DNA from: an uncultured delta proteobacterium
GTDB taxonomy: Bacteria; Desulfobacterota; Binatia; UBA9968
Assembly (NCBI GenBank): GCA_963745035.1
Contig: CAVUVW010000021.1
Location: forward strand, 96,001-160,000
Direction: 5' to 3'
DNA length: 64,000 nt
The translations under genes were made by a program, and so were the position numbers. Positions 51,115 through 60,668 of the stretch are shown here, piece after piece (within the stretch, counting starts at the first letter, position 1; each line of letters begins with the position of its first letter). A model generated the notes under the pieces. The model saw nothing but the letters and a program-made list of their open reading frames with translations. It had not been told where the DNA came from and made no database searches.

Positions 51115-52269
51115 ATGAACAATCGATTCAAAATTCTTGGGGGCCTCGGTGTGGGCGCGTTGTTGATGTATATCCTCGATCCGCAAGGCGGGCGGCGTCG
51201 GCGCGCGCTGGCGCGCGATAAGCTCGATCGCATCGCTCACAAGGCGAGCGATGCGGCCGGCGTAACCGCGCGTGATCTGCAAAATCGCGTGCGCGGCTTG
51301 GCGGCCGAGGCCAAAGCTCTGATCGCCGAAAGGGAGATCAGCGACGAAGCCTTGGCGCAGCGTGTACGTTCCAAGCTCAGCGGCTGGATCAGCCATCCAC
51401 GCTCCATCGAGGTGACCGTCGACGGCGGAAAAGTAACGTTGAGCGGTCCGATACTCGCGAGCGAAGTTGATCGGCTCGTGAATCAGATTTCTTCCATGCG
51501 ACATGTAAGGGGAGTATTGAACCAGCTCGAGGTGCACGAGAGCGCGGAGTCGGTTCCAGGTCTTCAAGGCCAAGCGGCCCAGCGTCACAGCGGCCAAGTC
51601 CCCGACTTACTGCAAGCCGACTGGTCGCCCACAAGCCGCTTCATCGCCGGCACATTGGGCGGAAGCTTGGCTCTTTACGGCGCGCGCAAGCTCAGCGTTT
51701 TCGGCACGGCGGTAGCGAGTTTGGGCACGGCTGTCCTCACCCGCGCTTTGACCAACATGGAACTCAAACGTTTGATCGGCGTCGGCGCGGGCCGGCGCGC
51801 TATCGATTTTCAGAAGATCATAAATGTTGCGGCGCCGGTCGAGGAGGTTTTCTCATTTTGGAGCAACTATCAAAACTTTCCGCGATTCATGTCCAACGTG
51901 TGGGAAGTGCAGCAGACCGGCAAGGATACTTCCCACTGGCTGGTGGCCGGTCCAGCCGGAGTACCCGTCGGATGGAGCGCAGTCGTTACGAACTATGTGC
52001 CTAATCGCTCGATCGGTTGGAAAACAACGTCCGGCTCACCCATTGCGCATGCAGGGCTTGTGCGATTCGACAGCAATCCGGATGGGACGACGCGAATCGA
52101 TATCCGCCTTACTTACAATCCGGTTGCAGGAGGGCTGGGGCATTTGGTCGCTTCGCTCTTCGGCGCCGACCCAAAGAGCGAGATCGATGCCGATTTAGCG
52201 CGCATGAAGACGATGATCGAGGACCGCGTGACGCCGCACGATGCGGCGCAAAAACAAGCTGAGGCGTAA
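51115..52269 (+). CDS. BON domain + SRPBCC (polyketide cyclase-like) protein
   Basis: MYILDPQGGRRRRALARDK, BON (IEVTVDGGKVTLSG...V.NQL), NFPRFMSNV..V, SHW.V.GPAG. Confidence 0.88.
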   Translation: MNNRFKILGGLGVGALLMYILDPQGGRRRRALARDKLDRIAHKASDAAGVTARDLQNRVRGLAAEAKALIAEREISDEALAQRVRSKLSGWISHPRSIEVTVDGGKVTLSGPILASEVDRLVNQISSMRHVRGVLNQLEVHESAESVPGLQGQAAQRHSGQVPDLLQADWSPTSRFIAGTLGGSLALYGARKLSVFGTAVASLGTAVLTRALTNMELKRLIGVGAGRRAIDFQKIINVAAPVEEVFSFWSNYQNFPRFMSNVWEVQQTGKDTSHWLVAGPAGVPVGWSAVVTNYVPNRSIGWKTTSGSPIAHAGLVRFDSNPDGTTRIDIRLTYNPVAGGLGHLVASLFGADPKSEIDADLARMKTMIEDRVTPHDAAQKQAEA

Positions 52270-52298
52270 CGCAGGTCCGGCCGTACCTGCGCTCGCTG

Positions 52299-53577
52299 CT
52301 ATGAACATCCGGCAGTCCTGCCAAGCTTCGTCCACGGCTTGATCAGCAGCGAGGTGAGGGCTGTTGAAATGAGCAAGGCGACGGTGATGCCGGTGAAGAC
52401 GATCGCGTAGCTTTCGGTGCGGTCGTAGACGACGCCGGCGGCGTAGGGGCCGAGGATGGCGCCCCAGGTGTAGAAGAGATTCATGTTGCCGCGGATGGTG
52501 CCGAAGGATTTGCGGCCGAAGAAATCGCCGACGGACGCCCAGAAGACCGGGATCGAGGCATCGAGCACGGTGTAGAAGCAGGCAAAAAACCACAGCGCCC
52601 AGATCGAGTCGGTCCAGAGCATCGGGAGCACGGCGACGACGCCCAGAAGCAAGCAGATCGTTACGAGCTTCGGTTTGTTGACGAAGTCGGCGATCCAGCC
52701 GAGCAGGAAGTGGATGGGCAGATTGAAGATCGCGAAAGCCGCCAGCAGCACGGATGCTTCGGTCTGGCTCAAGCCTTTCCAGACCATCATCGGAATGAAG
52801 TGAGTGGTCACAGTGGTGAACGCGACCGAGCGGCAGGTCATCGAGCAAGATGAGATTCCAGAAGATCGGCGAGCGAAAGGCTTCGCGCGCGCTGGTTTCG
52901 GTTTCTTGTTTGGTCGATCCCTGTGTCGTTCGAGCCCGCCGTTTGAAGAGGCTCGCCGTCGGGTTGCATGCCGACGCTTTCCGGCGACCGCTTTACGCCC
53001 AGGCAAAGCGGCAATCCCAACACGAGAAACAATACGCCGGCGAGAAACGCCGCCCAGCGCCAGCCGAAATATTGCACGGCGATGGCGAGCAGCGGCGTGA
53101 TCAGCGCGCCGCCGACCGGCACCGCGGCGCTTACGACGGTCATGGCGCGGGCGCGCAGACGAATGAACCAACTGTTGGCGACCACTGTCGGCGCGTGCAC
53201 GAAGCCGGCGGTGAAGGCGAGCGAGATCACGCCGAGATAGACGATCAGAAAAGTCGTGTAGCTGTTCACGAAAGAAAAGAGAATGTAGCCGATGCCGGCG
53301 AGGAGCGCGGCGGTGAACATCATCGGCCTGGGGCCGTAGCGGTCGATCAAGTAGCCGACGACGGGCGATGCGAGCGATCCTTCGGCGCGCGCCAGAGAAA
53401 AAGCCAGCGACGTTGATGCGCGGGTGAGGCCGAGGTCCTGGGTGACGGGCAGAAAGAAGACCGTGAAGCCGTATTGATGGAGCCCGCCGCCGAGATGCGC
53501 AGCGCGGACACGAGGCCGATCATGCGCCAGCCGTAGTAGAGACCGGCGATGTGTTTGCGAAGCTTTTCTAGGCTCAC
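52299..53577 (-). CDS. MFS transporter (OFA/MCT-like); frameshifts near 53495 and 52870
   Basis: YYGWR, YGFTVFFLP, GYLIDRYGPR, FFGRKSFGTIRG spread across three frames. Confidence 0.82.
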
Positions 53578-53627
53578 GTGATGTCGGAAGGATTTGCGTC
53601 GGCAGGTAAGCCGGATTAGAGATTAGA

Positions 53628-53831
53628 CTCTCGCCAAGGCGCAAAGACGCTAAGCGACACGCCCGGCGTGATCGTTACCGAACAGAGGCGAGGGGTACCG
53701 AGAAAGAGTTTCATCTCTTCGTTCGAAATGACAAACGGGTGTCCTTTGCGTCTCTGCGGTGAGATATTCCGAAATTAGTTGCGGCTCTGCATGCGATCAG
53801 CTTTGCGAGTTCGGAAATTTTTCTCGCCAAG
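53628..53831. repeat. REP-like repeat cluster including a solo copy of the left-end motif of the 44881 element
   Basis: CTCTCGCCAAGGCGCAAAGACGCTAAG; CTTTGCGTCTCTGCGGTGAG; minus-strand GCAGAGCCGCAACTAATTT. Confidence 0.6.
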
Positions 53832-53848
53832 ATTGAAAAACCCGGCTG

Positions 53849-53974
53849 CAGGCTGCTCAAAAAGATCTCAGAGGCGAGGCGCGCGAAAATCGGCGAGCGG
53901 AGGCGTACATCGGCAGTACGTTGACGCGAGACGATTGAGCGCAACGACGCATATGAGTCTTTTTCAGCAGCCTG
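53849..53974. mobile_element. 126-bp MITE with IS5-type TIRs
   Basis: CAGGCTGCTCAAAAA...TTTTTCAGCAGCCTG, near-identical to the TIRs of the IS at 35040-36374. Confidence 0.8.
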
Positions 53975-53979
53975 CGCGG

Positions 53980-54372
53980 TCACTTGGCGCCGACCCAGCC
54001 GGCGTTGGAGACGTCGATGACCTGATCTTCGGGGCCGATGCACTTCACTTCGAAGTACGATTGCGGCTTCGACGGATCTGCGGGCGTGACTTCGTGGCGA
54101 TCGTTGAGCGATTTGCCGCCCAGGTTCTTGATGCGCGCCACCGCCGCGTCGACGTCGTCGACCTGGAAGCCGATGTGATCGACACCGAGCTTCATGGTCT
54201 CGCCCTCAACCACACCTCGGAAACTCAGGATCGCGATATTGAGGTGACCGTCGGTGAGATAAATGCCGCTCTGGCCGACGCCGACCTGTTCCAGGCCGAA
54301 GGCTTCCTTGTAGAACGCGGCGGTTTTCTCCACGTCATGGGTGCGGATGGCGATGTGCTTGATCTGAGCCAT
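53980..54372 (-). CDS. VOC/glyoxalase family protein
   Basis: IKHIAI.T.D....AAFY..AFGL, YLTDG..N, DHIGFQVDD. Confidence 0.9.
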   Translation of the reverse strand: MAQIKHIAIRTHDVEKTAAFYKEAFGLEQVGVGQSGIYLTDGHLNIAILSFRGVVEGETMKLGVDHIGFQVDDVDAAVARIKNLGGKSLNDRHEVTPADPSKPQSYFEVKCIGPEDQVIDVSNAGWVGAK

Positions 54373-54402
54373 GACTGTTCTCCTTTCTTCGAATCGGAAT
54401 TA

Positions 54403-54488
54403 CTCCCGCCAAGGCGCAAAGGCGCCAAGCTTTAAAAAGGGTTTAACTTCTAAACTCCGAACTTTGCGTCTTTGCGCCTTTGCGAGAG
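54403..54488. repeat. TCTCGC-type REP-like doublet
   Basis: CTCCCGCCAAGGCGCAAAGGCGCCAAG...CTTTGCGTCTTTGCGCCTTTGCGAGAG. Confidence 0.8.
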
Positions 54489-54500
54489 ATACTCCTAGAT

Positions 54501-55571
54501 TTACTTCTGACCCAAGACTTCTTTCAGGAAGCGCCAGTCCATGATCTTGTCCTCGCTGATCTCTTCAGTGATTTTCATCTGCTCTCTAGCGAGACGAATT
54601 TCGGAATCCATGGTGGCCTTGGCGACGAGGCCGTCTACGTTCAGCGAGCGCATGGAAAAATCGTGGATCTTGAGCGCGCCTTCCGGGCTGACATGAAGAT
54701 AGTCGCGCATGATCGCCAGGGTCTCGGGCTTGTTGTCTCTGATGAAGCGCACGCCTTTCAGGCTGGCGCGGATGACGCGCACGATCTGGCTCGGGTTTTT
54801 GCGGATCTTGTCCATCGATACGCCGAAACCGCCGAGTCGGGTATGGACGACGTCGCCGAAATAGAGTAGGGGAACCAGCCCGAGCTTCTCCGCTTTTTCG
54901 ACGTAGGCGACGTCGAGCGGGGTGGCATCGACGGTTCCCGCCACGAGAGCGGCGAGGCGATCGCTCGAGCCGCCGACGGCGAGGGTGATGACGTCGCGGT
55001 CGGGATTCATGCCGGCCTGGCTCAATGCTTCGCGCAGGATGATGTGCGGCGCCGAGCCCAAACCGCTCACCCCCATTCTCCGACCCTTGAAATCGGTCAA
55101 CCGTTTAAAGCCCGGCCGCGCGATAAGAATGTGCAGCGGCCGGTCGAACCAGCCCATCACGCCTTTCACCGGCAAGCCCTGGATCGAGGCGCGCGCGATG
55201 TTGCCGCTGACGGTCGAGTAGTCGAGCTCGCCGGCCATGAGCGCCGCGACCTGGAGAGTCGTCCTGATCACGACTTTGCGAACGTCGAGGCCTTCCTCTT
55301 TGTAGAATCCTTTGCGCTGGGCGATCTCGGTAGGAATTTCGTAGAGGCCAGGGGTCGAGATGCCGATGTGGACGACTTCGCCGCGCGCCGGTGTGAAGGA
55401 TCCGAGCAGCGCAATGGCGAGAGTAGCGCATACGAAAATTTCACCGCGGAGGCGCAGAGCACGCAGAGGCAAGAATATTGCTTGTTTCCATTGCCGTCTC
55501 TCCGAACTCCGTGATCTCGGCGTCTCTGCGGTGCGCACTCTTCTCCGATCAGCCGCGATGAAGGCATCCAT
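54501..55571 (-). CDS. ABC transporter substrate-binding protein (SsuA/THI5-like), with a REP-like insert in its N-terminal coding region
   Basis: AQRKGFYKEEGLDV, FKGRRMGVS, ALVAGTVDA; ATG 55571 has a GGAG RBS. Confidence 0.8.
   Translation of the reverse strand: MDAFIAADRRRVRTAETPRSRSSERRQWKQAIFLPLRALRLRGEIFVCATLAIALLGSFTPARGEVVHIGISTPGLYEIPTEIAQRKGFYKEEGLDVRKVVIRTTLQVAALMAGELDYSTVSGNIARASIQGLPVKGVMGWFDRPLHILIARPGFKRLTDFKGRRMGVSGLGSAPHIILREALSQAGMNPDRDVITLAVGGSSDRLAALVAGTVDATPLDVAYVEKAEKLGLVPLLYFGDVVHTRLGGFGVSMDKIRKNPSQIVRVIRASLKGVRFIRDNKPETLAIMRDYLHVSPEGALKIHDFSMRSLNVDGLVAKATMDSEIRLAREQMKITEEISEDKIMDWRFLKEVLGQK
55440..55533. repeat. CACCGC-type REP-like doublet inside a CDS
   Basis: TTCACCGCGGAGGCGCAGAGCACGCAGAG...CTCCGTGATCTCGGCGTCTCTGCGGTG. 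Confidence 0.8.
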
Positions 55572-55582
55572 GAGAGTCTCCG

Positions 55583-56820
55583 TCAGGCCGGTTCTTCGAC
55601 CAGCGCCGGCGCGGCTTTGTTTTCCTCGCGGATCGCGAGAACGATCAAGTTCGCGATCAGCACCGTGCCGGCGAGGAAATAAAAGGCGGTGAGAATGCCC
55701 CAGCGGTCGGCGATGAATCCGCAGATGACCGGCGACAGCGAGCTCAAGAGCGACTGCGCGCCGGAGAAAAAACTCACCGTGCTGCCGCCCAGCTCTCTCG
55801 GGCTGAGATCGAGCACCCAGGCCCAGATCACCGGCCGGACGGCGTAGAGGAAAAAGCCGAGAAACGCGAGTCCGGTGATGAAAAACCAATTCAACTGAAA
55901 ATAGGCGAGCACGAACAGACCACGCTGGTGGAGAAAAGACCGGCGGTCAATACGCGCTTTCTGCCGCTGCGGTCGGAGATGCCGCCGGCGATCGGCGTGC
56001 CGATCATGCCCGCGGTCTGGGTCACCGAGAGATAGAGTCCGGCGATGGCGCTCGACAGGCCAAGCTCGTTGGTCAGATAGATCGGCAGAAAGACGTGCAG
56101 ACCCTGCTGGGTCATCGAGCGCATACCCGCCACCAGCACGAGCAGCAGAATGTTCGGGTTTTGCGCCAGTTGCTTCATGCCGGCCAAATACTCGCGGGGC
56201 GAAAGCCCCTTCTTTCTCTCGGCGGGGGAATCGAGCTTACCGAAAAGGTATTTCCAGAGAACCAAGGCGATGACGATGCCCGGAATCAGATTCAGGAACA
56301 GCACGGTGCGCCACGATAAAGACAGGAGCAGGATGCCGACCAGCAGCGGCGCGATGCTTTCGCCGATGTTGGGCCCCATGGCGTGGATAGCGATGGCGAA
56401 GCCGCGCTTGTCGGGATATTTTTCCGAGAGCGTCGATATCGCCGCGGGATGCCACAAATAGTTGCCGATGCCGACAAAGGCCATGAACAGCGCCACCCAG
56501 AAAAAGTTCTGGCTGATGCCGACGAGAAAGTAGGGAACACCCGTCGCGATCAAAGCCAAGGCCATGAGCAGCGCCTTGCGGCCGACGAGGTCGACCAGCA
56601 TGCCTGCCGGGATGTTGACGATCAGATTTGCCGCGGCGCGGACCGTTACCAGGAAACCGGCCTGGGCGTAGGTGAGCCCCATCTCTTTGACCAGAAAGGG
56701 CAGGAGCAGATAGAACGTCGCCGGACACCAGTGGGTAAAGGTGTGGCCCAGGGTGATGAGCCACATGAGCGAGTCGGTTTGGCGCAGTTGGCGAATTTGG
56801 CCGGTGAGTTTTTCAAGCAT
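55583..56820 (-). CDS. MFS transporter (Fsr-like); frameshift near 55910
   Basis: GHTFTH, GMLVDLVGRK, LWHPAA, GGISDRSGRK, GFIADRWG. Confidence 0.85.
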
Positions 56821-56975
56821 GGACGTTGAGGCTCCTTGGCGGTCGCTGCACAAACTTCCTTCTCATAGAACGGCGCTCGAGCATTTACAAACGCGCGCCC
56901 GCCGTTGGGTAGCGGCCCGCATGAGTCCGAGGGTGTTCGGTTCGGCCTGTCGATCGTGCGGCAGGTGGTGTGCGG

Positions 56976-58025
56976 CTATTTTTTCTTTTTTCCCGGCACG
57001 TCGCCGCCCCAGAGCTCTTTTAGAAAGCCGCTCTTTTCGAGGTGCTCGGCGAAGCTGTTGTCATAGGTCTCGGCAGGCTTGCGGCGCACGTTGGCGCCGG
57101 CTTGACGCGCGCTTTCGATCGCCTCGGCCACGCGGGACGCTGGGATCGAGAGGCGGCGATTGACCAGTTGGCGCGCGTAGGCATCGTAGGCCGACTGCGC
57201 CGATTCCTGATCTTTCAAGGCGAGCACTCGAGCCACCGATGCTTTGGCTTTCTCGGGATTTTTCTCGACGAAATGAACCGCTTCGGCCATGGCGGCGACA
57301 AACTTCTGGGCGATCGCGGGGCGCTCTTTCAGCACCCTGTCGTTGGTGAAGACGCTGCTGTAGATGGCCGGCAGATTGAGATCGTCGAGTTGGTAGATCA
57401 CGTTGAAGCCGTCGCGCCGGGCGCGGGCGTCGAGCGGCGGCGTGACCATGGTTGCATGGCCCAGTCCGTGCTGGAGAGCATTATAGACTTCCGTTTGTCC
57501 GGCCCCGCCGATGTGCCGGATCGCCAAGTCATCCAAGGTGAAATGAAGCTTTTTCATCAACGTGCGAATCAGCGTGTCGGGCGTGCCGCCGGGCCGGGTC
57601 GCGATAAAAATCTTTCCTTTGAGATCTTCCACACGGCTCAGCTCTTTGCGCGCGATGATCACCCACGGGAGACCGACCAGCGGCGAGGCGATCATCTTGT
57701 TCTCCGCGCCGGCTGCGAGGCTCGGAATGATCGCGTCGGCGGTGCAGTAAAGAAACTGAAGCTCGTTGGACGTGAGCGCCGCCGCCGATACGCCGGCGCC
57801 GCGCACGAGCAGAAACTCGGGCCGGATGCCGTATTTGTCGAACAGGCGATGATCGAGCGCGGTGTAGAGATGAATAAAGCCGCCGCTGATGGCGCAGGCG
57901 GCGACACGGATCGGCACGACCGGGTCGCCGGATTTGGCCAGATAGGGGTTGGCGCGAGCGGTGGCGGGAGGCAATCCCAAAACGACGATGATGAACCAAC
58001 CGATCATTTGGCGCGTCGAAATCAT
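56976..58025 (-). CDS. ABC transporter substrate-binding protein (SsuA/THI5-like)
   Basis: Signal peptide ARA; LFDKYGI, DLKGK..ATRPG. Confidence 0.85.
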   Translation of the reverse strand: MISTRQMIGWFIIVVLGLPPATARANPYLAKSGDPVVPIRVAACAISGGFIHLYTALDHRLFDKYGIRPEFLLVRGAGVSAAALTSNELQFLYCTADAIIPSLAAGAENKMIASPLVGLPWVIIARKELSRVEDLKGKIFIATRPGGTPDTLIRTLMKKLHFTLDDLAIRHIGGAGQTEVYNALQHGLGHATMVTPPLDARARRDGFNVIYQLDDLNLPAIYSSVFTNDRVLKERPAIAQKFVAAMAEAVHFVEKNPEKAKASVARVLALKDQESAQSAYDAYARQLVNRRLSIPASRVAEAIESARQAGANVRRKPAETYDNSFAEHLEKSGFLKELWGGDVPGKKKK

Positions 58026-58133
58026 AAAATCCTATCCGTCTTTGGAGAATACCACTGAAACGAAACTAGCCGGGAGCCGCTTTGGCGCGGCCGCTGATCT
58101 CTTGCCGCCGTGCCCGATGGAGCGCTGGCCGGT

Positions 58134-59117
58134 CTACTTGCCGAGCGTCGCCAATGCTTTTTTATAGAAACGGTCGTCGATGTATTTTTCCGGCTTGGGA
58201 ACCGGCGGCTTCATCAGCCCGGCGATTTCGCGGAGCTCGAGGACGGTGCGGATCCCCTCGGTGTCGATGCGGCTGCGCGGCGTGAGCCCCAAGGTCGGGC
58301 TCAGCGCTTGGCGGTACATCGCTTCGGCGCGCGCCTTGTTGTTCTTGGTCTCGCCGAGCAGGAGCTGGATCGCCTCTTCCTTGTTTTTTCCATCCTGCAG
58401 CCAATCGGTGGCGCGAATCATCGCGCGGCTGAAGCGCACGACCAACTCCTCGTTGGCGTTGGCCCAGTCCCGACGCGTCGCGCCGAGACCGCGCGCGTAG
58501 TGCTTCACGTAGTCCTGGGCCTGGGCGAGGACTTTGAAGCCGCGCTTTTGGATCTCGTCGTCCGGCAGGCTCATCATCGCGCCCGCCGCTTCGCCGCGGC
58601 TCATGGCGTTGGCGCGCGCGGTGGTGTTGCCGAAGGCCTTGAAGGTATAGTCGCGGTTCCACTCCAGTCCGTGCTTTTTCATGATGTAAACGCCGACGAT
58701 CGCATAGCCGGTGGTCGGCGCGTCGACGGCAAAAATTTTGCCTTTGAGATCGGCGTAGTCGTTGATGCCCGATGCGACCACGAGCTTTTGATCGACACCC
58801 TGGCTGCCGCCGAGAAAGATGATGAAGTCGTTTTTCTGCGGATCTTCGCCTTGGCCTTCGGCCCAGGCGATCACGTTATCGGCGTTATTCAGGATCAGAT
58901 CGTAGCGGCCGCTGATGAGATTGCGCAGCAAGGTCGGCGAGTCGGTCACGGTGTTGATCTCGAGCCGCAGGTTTTCTTGTTCGAGGAAGCCTTTCGCTTC
59001 GGCGACGATGATCGCCGCATCGCGATTGAAAAGACCGATCCGGATCGTGTCTTGAGCCATGACTTGAACGGGCAGCAAAGCCAGCGCTAGCGCCCATACC
59101 CCCTTTGTTGTTTTCAT
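58134..59117 (-). CDS. ABC transporter substrate-binding protein (SsuA/THI5-like)
   Basis: MKTTKG signal peptide with GGAGG RBS; AEAKGFLEQENL, DLKGKIFAVDAPTTGYA. Confidence 0.88.
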   Translation of the reverse strand: MKTTKGVWALALALLPVQVMAQDTIRIGLFNRDAAIIVAEAKGFLEQENLRLEINTVTDSPTLLRNLISGRYDLILNNADNVIAWAEGQGEDPQKNDFIIFLGGSQGVDQKLVVASGINDYADLKGKIFAVDAPTTGYAIVGVYIMKKHGLEWNRDYTFKAFGNTTARANAMSRGEAAGAMMSLPDDEIQKRGFKVLAQAQDYVKHYARGLGATRRDWANANEELVVRFSRAMIRATDWLQDGKNKEEAIQLLLGETKNNKARAEAMYRQALSPTLGLTPRSRIDTEGIRTVLELREIAGLMKPPVPKPEKYIDDRFYKKALATLGK

Positions 59118-59230
59118 CGCGCACCTCCGCGCTATCGTGTGGAACATGTCACAGGTGTGAAGGGGGGCGCAAGTGCGAGGAGAGAAAATCACCAGCGGCG
59201 CGCTCCGAGAGCAAATGCAAACCGAGGCGA

Positions 59231-59560
59231 TCAATTCGGTTGCGCCGACTCGTCGCTGCGGGCGGCGCGCTCGGGCGCTTTTTCCGGCGCTGGCGGCACC
59301 GGATCGACGGTCGCCAGCAGCGCCTTGCGCAGCGTGACCGCGGATTTTTGGAGCTCGCCCTTGATGTCTTCGGCGGTGCGGAACGCCGCGTCTAAAATCT
59401 CCTGATCGTGCTGCTCCTTGATATCTGTGAGAATGCGCGTGCGCGCCGCACCGGCGCGCTCCTGCTTGTTGGCGCGCAGGCAGGACACAATGATGGAAAC
59501 GAGAATCCCGCCGGTGACGCCGGCGGAAAAGATCAGCAGGTCGGAAATCCAATCGCCCAT
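59231..59560 (-). CDS. Small single-TM protein with helical/coiled-coil cytoplasmic tail
   Basis: MGDWISDLLIFSAGVTGGILVSIIV, then a charged helix and Pro-rich tail. Confidence 0.65.
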   Translation of the reverse strand: MGDWISDLLIFSAGVTGGILVSIIVSCLRANKQERAGAARTRILTDIKEQHDQEILDAAFRTAEDIKGELQKSAVTLRKALLATVDPVPPAPEKAPERAARSDESAQPN

Positions 59561-59633
59561 GTTCGATTCCGGTGCGCTGCGCTGCGGATCGAGATCGATT
59601 GTATTACCGCGCCGGGGGAGCGCTCTTCGATCA

Positions 59634-60665
59634 TCAAAGCGACAGCTTGTCCCAATCCGAAGTCGTGGCGTCGCGGGCGATGGAGAGGCTGCCGTCCGAG
59701 CCGGCAAACGCCGGATCGGAAACCACCGTTGCGCGCCCGCCGCCCAAATCGGCCAGCGCTTTGGTGATCGCCTCCGGCAATCCGGCTATGAGCGACGTGC
59801 CGCCGGCGAGGATCACATTGTTGCGCACCTTGTCCTGATACTCGGGGTCGACTTTCGCCAACAAGTTCGTCATGGTCTCGCACACCGGCGGCAAAATGCT
59901 TTCGCAGGCGGTGCGCATCTCCTCGGTGATGTCGATTTCCGTCGCCCTTCCCTTGACCGGCACCGTGACCCGCACGCGGTCTTTGGGCTCGCCGACGAAG
60001 CTCTGCTTTTCCTTCCATTCCCGCAGCATGTGTATGGAAAATTGTGCGTCGGGGTGGCGCTCCCGAACCAGTTTCATCAACTGCTCGTCGATCGAGTCGC
60101 CGGCGTTGGGCAGCGTCTTCTGGTCTTCCTCGGTCGGGTAGCGGCCCTGCATGACGCAAAAATCCGCGGTGCCGGCGCCGATGTCGATGACGAGAGCGTG
60201 CAACAGCGCTTCGACACCGTAGGCGACCGCAAAAGGCTCCGAGACCATCATCACGCTGTCGGCGATTCCGTCGATGGTGCTGCGTAAGTTTTGCCGGCTC
60301 ACGCGAAAAGCCTCCGCGGGCACGCCGACGACGGCGCGGACCTTGGCTTTGGCTTTTCCCTTCTGCTTGATGCCGGCGAGCGAGATCAAATGGCGGACGA
60401 GCTCCTGCACCGCCTCATGATCCTTCTCCGATCCTTCTTTCATGATTCCGCGTTCGAGCGGCCGGCGCAAATCCAACATCGGGCGGTTATCCAGCGCGTC
60501 GCGGCCGACGAGCACGGGCTTTTTGACCAGCTTGCGCGCAACCATATCGACCGGCCATCCGACATAGCTATCGATGATGTGGCGTTCGCCGTTGGAAGCC
60601 GAAATCGAGCTGCGCGAGGTGCCGAGGTCGATTCCCACGCAAAGTGTTTCGTTGGTTTCTTCCAT
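59634..60665 (-). CDS. mamK: MamK-like bacterial actin (MreB/MamK family)
   Basis: GIDLGTS, VGWPVD, RRPLERG, VVGVPAE, VSEPFAVAYG, IDIGAGTADFC, EEDQKTL..AG, KE..SFVG, PEYQ...NVILAGG; from memory these match MamK better than MreB. Confidence 0.8.
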   Translation of the reverse strand: MEETNETLCVGIDLGTSRSSISASNGERHIIDSYVGWPVDMVARKLVKKPVLVGRDALDNRPMLDLRRPLERGIMKEGSEKDHEAVQELVRHLISLAGIKQKGKAKAKVRAVVGVPAEAFRVSRQNLRSTIDGIADSVMMVSEPFAVAYGVEALLHALVIDIGAGTADFCVMQGRYPTEEDQKTLPNAGDSIDEQLMKLVRERHPDAQFSIHMLREWKEKQSFVGEPKDRVRVTVPVKGRATEIDITEEMRTACESILPPVCETMTNLLAKVDPEYQDKVRNNVILAGGTSLIAGLPEAITKALADLGGGRATVVSDPAFAGSDGSLSIARDATTSDWDKLSL

Positions 60666-60668
60666 GAA

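Noticed and set aside
12358-56820. About ten frameshifts (ku, four MFS genes, dipeptidase, cyclodeaminase, prenyltransferase-like gene) as pseudogenes or programmed frameshifting
   Set aside because: They are isolated single-base indels in otherwise intact genes with no shared slippery motif. Long-read consensus error is the simplest explanation; read-level polishing would decide.
59634-60665. Magnetosome island or canonical mreBCD operon
   Set aside because: No other mam/mms genes and no mreC/mreD/pbp2 lie nearby; only a MamK-like call is supported.
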